A DNA stretch of 64,000 bases. It comes from Tubiluchus corallicola (taxonomy: Eukaryota; Animalia; Priapulida). Numbering within the stretch: the stretch's first letter is position 1; every line of letters begins with the position of its first letter. The stretch lies in assembly GCA_030141605.1 (NCBI GenBank), contig JAQGDQ010001063.1, positions 1 through 64,000 of the forward strand, given 5' to 3'. The notes below the pieces were generated by a model that saw only the letters and a list, made by a program, of their open reading frames with translations, had not been told where the DNA came from and ran no database searches. The position numbers were made by a program, and so were the translations under genes. Shown here one piece after another: positions 1 to 11,970 of this stretch.

Positions 1-421
1 TTATGGACGGGTTAGCGTTGAGTTAGGATTAACCGTTAATGTTAGGGTTTATGTTATGGACGGGTTAGCGTTGAGTTAGGATTAACCGTTAATGTTAGGG
101 TTTATGTTATGGACGGGTTAGCGTTGAGTTAGGATTAACCGTTAATGTTAGGGTTTAGGTTATGGACGGGTTAGCGTTGAGTTAGGATTAACCGTTAATG
201 TTAGGGTTTATGTTATGGACGGGTTAGCGTTGAGTTAGGATTAACCGTTAATGTTAGGGTTTATGTTATGGACGGGTTAGCGTTGAGTTAGAATTAACCG
301 TTAATGTTAGGGTTTATGTTATGGACGGGTTAGCGTTGAGTTAGGATTAACCGTTAATGTTAGGGTTTATGTTATGGACGGGTTAGCGTTAGCGTTGAAT
401 TAGAATTAACTGTTAATGTTA
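1..421. repeat. 53-bp minisatellite with TTAGGG/GGGTTAG-like motifs (about 8 copies, runs off window)
   Basis: Unit ttatggacgggttagcgttgagttaggattaaccgttaatgttagggtttatg recurs every 53 nt. Confidence 0.9.
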
Positions 422-1042
422 GGGTTACAGTTAGATTTAGGGTTAGGGGATTTAAATTGTGTGGGAATTGTGCACTCCTTCCGAAAACAAAAACAGGAGA
501 TACAAATTATTACAGGTATAATAGAAAGAGCACACTCATCAGTACAAAATTATGAATATATCTTGTATAGGCCTACAACCATATTTTTGTTACGTATGTT
601 CGTGCGTCAGTCAAGCACAACTGATTTAAGCGGCAAAGTTTTAGTTACATTTAATCACTTAATTTTTCACGGTTATGAAAATCGACGAGAAATATTAACG
701 CGAACTGATTTTTTTTTCTGTAGGAGAAAACCAAGAAAAAATTCTTTGCTTTGCCATTACTTCCTTTCATCGAGTGTTTCTACTTTCTAATCTTTGCTAC
801 AGCAACTAAAGATAATTTATACAAGATTAATATGATAGTAAATCATAGTGCAGCAAGGACAATGCTATCATTACAAGAACAGGTGCACGATGCTCTACAG
901 GGAGCAATTAATCAGTTACAGTACAGGTGAAAGAGAAAACTAATAGAATCAAGGTCAGACAACATTAATTCAGAATAAATTGACGGCCAATAACACGCCA
1001 GGGACTAGAAAAAATGAACACAGGAAGAGCGGAAATGGGAAG

Positions 1043-1455
<413 letters not shown>

Positions 1456-1736
1456 GAGGAAGTGGGTTCGTGCAGAAAATGCGCTTTGAGCAGTAAAAAA
1501 AGCAATAAAAAACCTTTCAGGCAAAACACAAACTAGAACCAAGGAAGAAATAATCACCAATTATGTAAAACTATCCAACACGTCAAATCTGTTTCACCAA
1601 ATAAGATACAGATCTAAGGGAAATTTGAAGTTTCAATGTACAACTCGCGCGAGAAACAAAATTTTAATTCTAAGTTTCATAACTTTATTAATGTCTAAAA
1701 GTAAAGAACTGTGGCGATCCATTCTCCAGTTGAAAT

Positions 1737-2795
1737 TTAAAGGACAAGAAAAGGGGTACCTAAAGTAAGTTTCAAAAAACTCACCTTAAAAAATATATTA
1801 CTTTACAGCAATTTCATGCGTAATTTGTACTCGCTTTGAAAGGAATTTTTGTTTGTTTTCATTTTAAATCTCCCGCAATACTGTTCCGACCGCGCCATTA
1901 TATGACGTTATATACGCACAACGTTTTGCGCCAAAAAGTTAGTTAGTTTAAACATAATTTATTATAGGATTGGATCAGACAGTTTGTACAACATGATTTA
2001 AGATCCTCACCACAACAGACTTTATACGCTATTTACAAGAACATTTACAGTAAGAATAAACTATACTTAGTTTTTAGTATACTTTAGTATACTAAAGTTT
2101 TACTACAGTGATACATTAGACATTAGTAAAAAATGACGGTTAGTAAATATTAATGTACGATTATTTAAGAATGATGCATTTTATATCAGATAGAAACTAC
2201 TGGAAGCGTTTAGTACGTAATATAAAGTCATGTATACATTGGAATATTTTACAGTTAGTAACATAGTTAAATTCATCTTTACCGAATAATAACAACTTCA
2301 ACAGATTATTATTTCCTAAGGCAGCTATATTAGGGTTTTCGGGCAGAAGTATTTCATTTAGTTTGTCAAACATAACTACCCTAGTTTGTTGATACAATGG
2401 GCAGTGCAACAAAAAGTTTCCTTTGAAATCTATATTACTTGCATTTCGCTTACTTGCTGAAAAATCTTATGTAACTAGCAATAATGATTTTAAATGTTCG
2501 TGCCAATTGGTAAAATGTCGTTGAATAACCCCTCCAGGGTGCGCCACCCACTAACCAAAAACTTATTTTTAATCTTACCTCACGCAATGTTATCTCAACT
2601 TGTTTCAAACGACCTACCACCAAAATGGCCGCGCCTCACAGTCACCGTGGGTATTTAAATTTACAGTTTGCATTTAAAGTTTCATACAGCGTTACTGCTG
2701 ACGCAAGCTCTGTATGCAAAGGCAGTACGTAAACGGTATAAAATTTCAAGGCGAATTTTTAGTTTTACGTAAGTGGGGGTTTTCTTGTACTTCAA
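1737..2795 (+). mobile_element. Non-autonomous DNA transposon, Kolobok-like family A, interrupted by a LINE fragment
   Basis: Starts ttaa|aggacaagaaaa and ends ttttcttgtacttcaa (imperfect TIR, TTAA-type site). Internal sequence matches 22003-22381. Confidence 0.6.
1941..2409 (-). mobile_element. 5'-truncated CR1/L2-group LINE 3' end with target-site duplication
   Basis: ORF 2197-2412 LHCPLY...LLLFG...NCKIFQCIHDFILRTKRF is a typical LINE ORF2 C-terminus. The 3'UTR ends aataaaattatgtttaaac(taac)n. 9-bp TSD caaaaagtt at 1932-1940 and 2410-2418. Confidence 0.8.
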
Positions 2796-3072
2796 AGTAC
2801 TGGCAAAATTTGGCGATTCAAAATGCAGCTCAATCCACTTATGAAATAAACTCGTAAACTTTCAACGATATGTAATGTCTCACCTTTAGCTGATCACCTG
2901 CTCACTGGGCAAGAATTGATTCAATTACTGTTAATTTGAACTCGTTTATTTCCTGCCAAAACTCAACGCAATTTCCGAAATGAACTTGAAGAAGTAACTC
3001 AATATGAGGAGAGGGCGGGTGTCTAGGGACAATCGTATTAGAACAAGAAACAAGATGCTACAGATTAAAAAA

Positions 3073-3479
<407 letters not shown>

Positions 3480-4352
3480 CTGGGTATAACAGACTACTAG
3501 GTTTGTACAAAAGATCGAGGTACAATGCACAAGTGAACAAAGGCACGTGAAATAACGAAACGATAAATACGGCACAGATGGAAAAATAATAAAACATTGC
3601 AACTATTATTCTGATAGAATAATTTCAGTAACAAAAAATTAACACATAATTACCCCTAACGCTAAACAAACCCTGATTCTAATTTATTTTAGAATAAAGT
3701 GCCGTTTCATATTTTTCAATTGTGCCTTTCAACTCCGTGTACCCATATTGTGCTATTTTTACTGTGTCAAATATACTGCGTAACTTTACAAAATCAGTAA
3801 TTATACAAACAAAAAGATCCAGAAAAAGGAAAACAAAAAAATTAAAGTATCAGAGACCTAAAATCAAGAAACTCTAAAATTTTGCAAAACGTTTCACTTC
3901 TCAGACACAGTTGTTTATGTCTAGCACGAACAATTCCTCTATGAGAAAGTTTTAAAAGATTTTAAGACGCTCTCATGATGTCTGCCATAATTTAATGATT
4001 CCATAAAAACGTTTCAGCGATTTCGTCAATGGATGTCATTCTATTAGCTTCGTAATTATATTGCTGTACTTCTGGAAATTAACTTCGTTACAAGGGCCCC
4101 TAGAGGCGCTAGGATCATTGCAGTTTTTAACTCTCTGGCGTATTTAGACATTAGTAAACCGGTGGTGTAAACCGGCAAGGTGCTAAAATGCTTCCGCGTA
4201 AGAAACAAGCTGCAATTTACCCACGTTTATTCGTCAGTTATTTCTCCAATAATGGAGAATTTAATGTAGGAAAAATACGAGAGTTTATTCCTTTCAAGTA
4301 GCAATAATGTAAGTACCAAGCAAGGACTAAAATGTGTCAGTAATATTAGGTA

Positions 4353-5078
4353 AACGAATGAATGAACGAATGAATGAATGAATGAATGAATGAATGAATA
4401 AGTGAATGAATGAATGAATGAACGAATAAGTGAATGAATGCACGAACCAAAGGACAAATGAATAAACGAACGAATGAATGAACGAATGAATGAACGAATG
4501 AGTGAGTGAATGAACGAACGAATGAATGAACGAATGAGTGAATGAATAAACGAACGAATGAGTGAATGAATGAACGAACGAATGATCCGTGTATAAGGAT
4601 ATAACTGAATGAATGAATAAAATTTAATGAATGATTAAAAAATGACTAAATGGATGAATGAGTGAATGAATGAATGAGTGAACGAACGTATGAGTGAATG
4701 AATGAACTAACGAATGAATAAACGAACGAATGAATGAACGAACGAATGAATGAATGAATGAATGAGTGAACGAATGAGTGAACGAGTGAACGAACGAATG
4801 AGTGAATGAATGAACGAACGAAAGAACGAATGAATGAACGAACGAATGAACGAACGAATGAATGAATGAATGAATGAACGAATGAGTGAACGAATGAGCG
4901 AACGAAAGAACGAATGAATGAACGAACGAACGAATGATCCGTGTATAAGGATATGACTGAATGAATGAATATAACTGAATGAATGATTGAATAATGATTA
5001 AATGGATGAATGATTAAATAAAGGATTGGAGATGAATGAATGAATGAATGAATGGATAAATGAAATGAATGAATGACC
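4353..5078. repeat. (GAAT/GAAC)n tetranucleotide repeat with an internal duplicated unique spacer
   Basis: GAAT/GAAC array; gatccgtgtataaggatat occurs twice (about 4584 and 4936). Confidence 0.95.
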
Positions 5079-5310
5079 GACACTAATGACTATCTTATAT
5101 ACAAGCACAAAAAATTAACAAAAACAAGGGGAAAAAGTCACAAAAAATGGAAAGAATAAATTAGCGGCAAAATGAGTGAACGAGTGAAGAAAGAAATCAG
5201 CGAACGAGTGTAAACGAGCAGTGAGGAAATGGGAAAATAATGCATAATCGAATAACTGAACGGATAATGCTGAAATGGATAATAAAGCTGAGAAAGAATG
5301 AGAGAAAGTT

Positions 5311-5912
5311 CTTACCTGGCACTATGGATACAGTAAGTGCTTACCTGGCACTATGGATACAGTAAGTGCTTACCTTGCACTATGGATACAGTAAGTGCTT
5401 ACCTGGCACTATGGATACAGTAAGTGCTTACCTTGCACTATGGATACAGTAAGTGCTTACCTGGCACTATGGATACAGTAAGTGCTTACCTGGCACTATG
5501 GATACAGTAAGTGCTTACCTTGCACTATGGATACAGTAAGTGCTTACCTTGCACTATGGATACAGTAAGTGCTTACTTGGCACTATGGATACAGTAAGTG
5601 CTTACCTGGCACTATGGATACAGTAAGTGCTTACCTTGCACTATGGATACAGTAAGTGCTTACCTGGCACTATGGATACAGTAAGTCCTTACCTTGCACT
5701 ATGGATACAGTAAGTGCTTACCTGGCACTATGGATACAGTAAGTGCTTACCTTGCACTATGGATACAGTAAGTGCTTACCTGGCACTATGGATACAGTAA
5801 GTGCTTACCTTGCACTATGGATACAGTAAGTGCTTACCTGGCACTATGGATACAGTAAGTGCTTACCTGGCACTATGGATACAGTAAGTGCTTACCTGGC
5901 ACTATGGATACA
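5311..5912 (-). repeat. 29-bp tandem array built from the Nav S4 exon end and its 5' splice site (about 21 copies)
   Basis: Minus-strand unit TGTATCCATAGTGC(C/A)AG|GTAAGCACTTAC; on the + strand cttac recurs every 29 nt from 5311 to 5891. Confidence 0.95.
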
Positions 5913-6002
5913 GTTTTTAAGGCCCGAAGTACCCTGAATGTCCGGAGGCCAGTAATGTTACCAACTTCCACACCAAACGTAAAAAGCACAATGGTTAGAT
6001 AC
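5896..6002 (-). CDS. Nav2: Nav channel domain I S3-S4 voltage-sensor exon: YLTIVLFTFGVEVGNITGLRTFRVLRALKTVSIVP(G)
   Basis: Minus strand tgtttttcag|G TAT CTA ... CCA G|gtaagc; 107 nt, phase 2 to 1. LRTFRVLRALKT is the canonical DI-S4 of Nav channels. The next exon (S5) was not found in 1-5310 and presumably lies left of the window. Confidence 0.97.
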
Positions 6003-6085
6003 CTGAAAAACAAAAGCAATATGAAGTTAACAAGCATTAATTAATTATTTATAATTTTGCTCATTTATTTATTTATATAATTCAT

Positions 6086-6177
6086 TCAAGAACAAGAACA
6101 AGAACAAGAACAACAACACCAGCAGCAGCAGCAGCAGCAGCAACAGCAACAGCAACAACAACAACAACAACAACAGC

Positions 6178-6212
<35 letters not shown>

Positions 6213-6251
6213 GAATAACAATAATAATAGTCTTTCATTTAACATTATCAC

Positions 6252-6282
<31 letters not shown>
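6086..6282. repeat. (CAA/CAG)n and (ATT)n microsatellites
   Basis: Direct reading. Confidence 0.9.
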
Positions 6283-6284
<2 letters not shown>

Positions 6285-8219
6285 ATTATTAGCTCGTCTT
6301 TTTTATATATATAATTACACATAAGTTTATTTTTGAAGTTGATTTTTAATACAATTTTATTACAAAGTTTACCTACCACAATAATAATAACATTTAGGCT
6401 AAACATTTATTATTTTGGAGATCTTTGCATTGAGCCGGTTGTATTTGGATTGTTACTCATGTGTGTAGTTTAAAGCGTGAATAATGTCGTATAATAATTA
6501 ATAAACCGCTCGATTATTTTAATCACTGCGTTTTGACGCAAATTAACTGACTGACTCACTGAGGGTAGTGAATAATTGGGAAGTTGTTTGTATTAAATTC
6601 AACCTAATTGGTTCTTTTATTGCACTACATCAGCAAATATAATTAGCGTTTAAACTGAGCCAAATTCTACTTTTAGTGTTAATTAATTATGTTAATTTAT
6701 GTAATTTATTGTGGGGCAGAAAAACATTAAGCACACTTCACATGTAAAGACAGTGTTGTACAGGTTTTATCCTCAAGCAAAAGATACAAACGTCTGTTTT
6801 ACCATAATCTATCATAATTTCAGTGAGGTACAATTTTTATATACGAATTATACATATTCTATTCTACGTTCAAATGTGCAAATGTTAGCGTGAGTCATTC
6901 AGTATCCAATATCAGCTGATTCTTGTATCAAGGTCTGAAGTAAGATCTAAATAAGAAAAAATGCTTGTACGTGTGGATTTATATTGAACTTGTATTTTTG
7001 TACTTTTCTTTTTAACACTCGAAGGACTGGAAAAGTTTTCTACCTAGATGGAGCTGCATGCGCCAATTGATGCAATCATAGTTTTCACTCCTATACAAAA
7101 ATAAGACTATAAGATAAGATAATAGTTATCATGCAGATTTTTTTGAAATTCAATGATATGTATATATATATCATTGTATATACAAGTAAGCAATATGGTG
7201 CATTGTAATACAAGTAAGTGATACATTGACAGATAATCACATAATTCAAATTCGTACCTATTAAAAAAAACTTCACTCTTTAAGGCTCACTCAAAATCGT
7301 AATTACATATTATGTTTTCCTTTCTTAACTTTCAGGTTTATTGCTTTTATACCATTGCTATTATTACATCATTTACTTCATCCTTAATTACATTAAGTTA
7401 TCTACAGAAGCATGCATAACTATAATCATTTTTTCATTTAAGTAATGTGAGTGTGTTCATGACCGTATCGTACACTCACCTTGCACTATAATCATTTTAT
7501 TTAAAGTTTATTAATGTGTATGATATTGTATTTTGATGTGTGAAAATAAATTCATAGTTCATAGTTCCATTCCACCACCATACGTGTTACCACCTCTGTC
7601 ACGTACAGGGAATGACGTTAATGGAGTAAGTGGGCACAACAAAGGCTTAAGAAAATTACCTATACAGAGAACAAAACTAGGTGACTCGAGATCTACACAA
7701 GTTATGAACCAAAGTTAAATCATCAACAGGGGATCTTGTAACCATGTATAATAATACTGATGACGACGTCAATAACTGCATTAAAGAAAGTAATTAAATA
7801 TTATGATACTAGGTATACAAGCTGGAGGGGTTCATAAATAACTAAACTGGTTTTATATATTTTCTTCATCATTACGTCCATAAAAAGCTACGCAACGAGA
7901 AATAAAAAACCTGGCAGTTTTCTTGATTAATTCATGGCATCTGTATTTTAGATTCCAGTGACTTTATGACACCATCAACAGTGGTTTTATGACACCATCA
8001 ACGTTACAGTAAGTCTTATTACGTGTGTTGCAGGTAACTTCAGCTTTGCTTCGGTCGGGCAAGGAACCAGTCACTGGCAGCATTTCAATGAGGAGACGTT
8101 GTGTTTTTGCTTCTGAGATATGGAGTGACATAATATTGTGTGATTTCTGCTTTTGCATCACAAAATCTCCAGTAAAACATCAACTCAAAACAAGATACAA
8201 AGAAGGCAATTGAGAAAGA

Positions 8220-8302
8220 AGGTCACGTGCTACTGTACCAGGTCACGTGCTACTGTGCCAGGTCACGTGCTACTGAGCCAGGTTACGTGCTACTGTACCA
8301 GG
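8220..8302 (+). promoter_or_regulatory. Four 20-bp tandem units carrying AGGTCACGTG (E-box) upstream of NIT paralogue 1
   Basis: aggtcacgtgctactg(t/a)(a/g)cc x4 (fourth unit ggttacgtg), 260-340 nt upstream of the ATG. Regulatory role is inferred. Confidence 0.35.
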
Positions 8303-8561
8303 GTCCTAGAGAACATGCAAGAGGAGTGAGATTCGAAATTCTATGTAACCATAAATGTCTCGAACACAGGTAACATTGGAAACAAAAGATTAGGGGTAAC
8401 CAGACAAATTTCAATTCACATTTGCATCTGCAACAGCTCTTTGGTATTGGATGAGCAAAGAATTTAAGAATTCACTAGAAGACAAATTCACATAATGGCG
8501 CACCTTTAGGCTCTCCGTTCAACATTTGCTCCAAAAACAAGAAACGAAGGTAGAGATCAAG

Positions 8562-9168
8562 ATGCAAAAATATCACGTGAATAAGAAAGTGGTGATGTTA
8601 GTGATATTTTTCAGTTTCATACCTGTTGTTATAGTGATTGTTCAAAATGCTTATATAATTGCTGATGCAGTGAGTGAAACGCAAAAGATTGATTCGGGAA
8701 ATGATACGCTCGCATTGATCATCGAGCTGGCAAATGTTATGGACAAGATACAAGAGGAAAGGAATGCTAGTTTCACCTATCTCAGGAATAACAATAATCT
8801 CATATTGGAAGAGCTAAACGAACAGAATTTGAAAACTAGTTTACACGAAGCTTATAAGGCAACAGACAATGCTTTAGAAAAAGTATCATCCACAGTGTGG
8901 ATCAAACGTTTGAAAGACCTTAACAAGCACAGTAAACTGAGCACCTATCTGCAGAAACATCGTGGGAATTTGGAACAAGAAGACTCTATCGAATCCGAAT
9001 TCAACTTCTACAATGAAGTTAATGAAGATTTGGCCCAAGAGATTGCGAAGCAACTGCGGACGGTCGATGTGGACAACTGGCAGGATATTGCTTCTCTGAG
9101 AATGATGATTGATGGTAAAGAATGGGCATCAAGAAGTTTACTTCTGGCCAACATAAAGTTCAAAAATG
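8562..9168 (+). CDS. NIT-domain membrane protein paralogue 1, exon 1 (TM1 and first half of NIT domain)
   Basis: ATG at 8562 (MQKYHVNKKVVMLVIFFSFIPVVIVIVQNAYII, hydrophobic TM1). NIT-like motifs MDKIQEERNASFTYL, AYKATDNAL and GKEWASRSLLLANIKFKN. Donor AATG|gtaagt at 9168/9169, phase 1. Start codon inferred. Confidence 0.85.
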
Positions 9169-10029
9169 GTAAGTATAACCACAATGTATGTCCTTGAAGC
9201 AACCTGTGAAAGTCTTTTTGCTAAATGTAGTTGTTTGCAAATTACTGATGTTGAATATGTTCATGTATAAGGTAGTTGCTAAAGATACTTGCAGATTTGA
9301 TAAAAGGTCGGTCAGCAGGATCATTTATAAAACCGAAGTTTTGTTTTCAATGGCAACATTGTTTCAAATTTGCTTCAATACTTCACTTCACATTAAAGTC
9401 TGAATTGAGGAAACTACTTGTACGAAGTTCCCATTTTAATTATTCCCGTTCTCAATTTAACAAGCCTCAATTTGGACAGCAAACGTAAATATAACCTCAA
9501 GTAACTTTGATCACCAGTCACGTTAGAAAGGCTCAGAACAGTAGACAAATAACGTTATTTTTAACTGTGCTGCTATCAGTCCGAAAAGTTCTTGTGAAAC
9601 CCAAAGTCATTAACAAGACACAAAAAGTGTTTCCTAATTTTACTGTACTTTCATTTAAAAAAAAATCTTCATTCTGCCTAGCTCAAATTTTCCAATGTTT
9701 TCGTTGTTTGATTAACATACGACGTGCAAGATGCTTCACATCAGATGCTTTTACGGTATTTTAAAAAATAACTTTTGGCAATTTTGTAGATTAACCAACA
9801 ATAGTTGTAATTCTTCTATAAGATACAGCAAATAGTTTACTATTACATATATTCTTAAAGCCCAGTAGCTCAGTTGTTGTTTTAATTTTTAATTGCATTA
9901 TTTGCTTGTTTTTTTCCATTGGTATAATTATAATATAACTGCATTGGATTTTGTTTATTTGCTACACTTAAGATCTAACCACGTATTTATTCACTTAACC
10001 ACGTAGTCTGCCGTGCTTTATAATATTTC

Positions 10030-10176
10030 TAAGTTATATAGGGGTGGTTAACTCGATGACCTCCTGGTCTTTCGCCACCCCATCTCTACACACTTTACAC
10101 AATTTGTTGTATTTGCGCTATAAGTATTATATTAGAGATGAATAAACCTTTGAATTGAATTGAATTGAATTGAATT
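10030..10176 (+). mobile_element. LINE (CR1/L2-group) 3' end with (TTGAA)n tail in the NIT1 intron
   Basis: Stem-loop-like ggggtgg...gacctcctggtctttcgccacccc, then aataaac and (ttgaa)n. Related sequence lies in reverse at 16433-16550. Confidence 0.55.
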
Positions 10177-10266
10177 ACATCTACATATAATGTTGTTGCC
10201 TTTCATAATGTTGTTGTAATATGATGAATCTTTCGTTTGTTTTAACATTTGTCTCATGGTATTGAC

Positions 10267-10270
<4 letters not shown>

Positions 10271-10340
<70 letters not shown>
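10271..10340. repeat. (ATT)n microsatellite
   Basis: Direct reading. Confidence 0.95.
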
Positions 10341-10341
<1 letters not shown>

Positions 10342-10692
10342 GTATCAGCTGTAAAAATGATGATTGTTTAAAAATTTGAATCCAGCTTCTGGTTAGCCAT
10401 AAACTTTTAATTTGTAACCAAAACAAAAATTCAAAAATTAATCCCTTGAATTTTGAAAGCAATAATAGATCACTTTGCAGTCTCTATTAAAAATGTATAT
10501 TTTTCTCGACATGGTGACATAAATGAAGGACAGACTGGCACTTCATGACAATACTGAAAAGCACTTTCTGCCTAATTTCACAGACCAGCCCATTGAAGTA
10601 TATTTCTTTAAGCATGTAAATTATTGTTTATAATTGATGTGCAGTTGTCGGTGTACATTTGATGTTTTTCAATCAGACTTTGTTTTTTTCAG

Positions 10693-11438
10693 ATTCTGTA
10701 AGTGCCAAAAACTTTCTCAATTTTATGAAAAGCAGCGAGTTATCCTCTTCACTCACTAAAGCCGCTGCAGATGTGTCTGCTGAACTAGCACAATCCTACC
10801 ACCAGTACATGCAAGACACATTGTTTAGGGTGTCTGCTGAACTAGCACAACCCTACCACCAGTACATGCAAGACACATTGTTTACGGTCGGACACGGTCA
10901 GAAACGTGACGATGTGACGTGGGAACGTCTGGCCCATGACCATATTGCTTTTCTTCGTCAAATGGAAAATAAGTTGATAAAAAGAACACGGCAAGTGTTA
11001 GTGGATCGAAGCGACAAGCAAGGGAAACGTATGGGCGTGGCTTACATGATGGCAATCATTTCAATAGTTGCCTTGCTAGTGGTGGTGGCTTTAGCAAAAG
11101 AACTCATTGACAAAGCCAAACCCAAAATGTCTAATTTGAAATACGAATCTGTTCAGAAGAATTACGAAGAAGATGAGGTCGGGACAAAGGAACTTCTCAG
11201 TAAGGCCGAAGATAAGATGTGTCATTTACAGGTACCAACAGAACATCCCCACAGAGTACCGGCTAGGTCATCTGATCTAGAAGTAATACCTGAAGTAAAA
11301 GAATGCAAAGATGAAACTGAGGCAAAGGAACTTACTAATAAAGGTTCAGATAACGCACCTGATTTCATACGTGATGCAAAAGAGTGCAAAGATGACAACG
11401 TGCAAAATAAACCAGTAAAGTTTTATGTAGGGCATTGA
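10693..11438 (+). CDS. NIT-domain membrane protein paralogue 1, exon 2 (end of NIT, TM2, acidic tail); spliced product about 450 aa
   Basis: Acceptor tgtttttttcag|AT at 10692/10693 keeps phase 1. TM2 is MGVAYMMAIISIVALLVVVALA; stop TGA ends at 11438. Homologous to exon 2 of paralogue 2. Confidence 0.85.
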
Positions 11439-11549
11439 TGACTGCACTAATGTTTTTGTTTTCTCAAAAGTTCACTGTTGTGAACAGCGTGTTTCACTTC
11501 ATACAAAATTTTCAGCCAACGTTTACGGCTATATGCAAAAGCTTACTAA

Positions 11550-11970
11550 CAGGCCATATTTCAAGGGGGGGGGGGTGGGGATACTTCCCCGGGGCCTCAC
11601 CCTCCAGGGGGGCCTCGCGCCGAGGTAATTGGTAACTTTGCGAAACAAAAAGTCAGAAGATGGCTTGTACGGAAGTGAGAGTACGGTATTACATATTGCA
11701 AAGATGTTGTTTTTGATTTGACTATTTCACAAGTATTAAGGACTTGTCTTGAGAAGAAAGCAGTTTTTCTTTCAATTGTTCTTTCCTTTAACAACTGTAT
11801 AACTCCATATTTTCTCTTCGAAAATGCTTCTCCGGCGTTCTAGTAGTTCAAAAATTTTCTGGGCGCCAACCATGGTGCGCCCGCTCCCTAGCACTTTGCC
11901 CCCCCCCCCCCGAGGGGCCTCGCACCCCCCCCCACTTCCCAGGGCCTCGCTTAGGCTGAAATAGGCCCTA
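11550..11970. mobile_element. hAT-like MITE just 3' of NIT paralogue 1
   Basis: Termini caggccatatttca... and ...tgaaataggcccta; 8-bp TSD cttactaa at 11542-11549 and 11971-11978; GC-rich subterminal ggggcctc repeats. Confidence 0.75.

Noticed and set aside
5311-5912. U1 snRNA gene array (cttacctggca matches the U1 5' end)
   Set aside because: Only about 11 nt match, explained as the reverse complement of the Nav splice donor; no U1 stem-loops or Sm site.
8526-9197. ORF-track boundaries 8526-9197, 10659-11438, 13399-14232 and 18779-19093 as four separate genes
   Set aside because: Three use non-ATG starts and run across splice sites, and the fourth starts at an internal Met. Conserved donors and acceptors join them into two two-exon genes.
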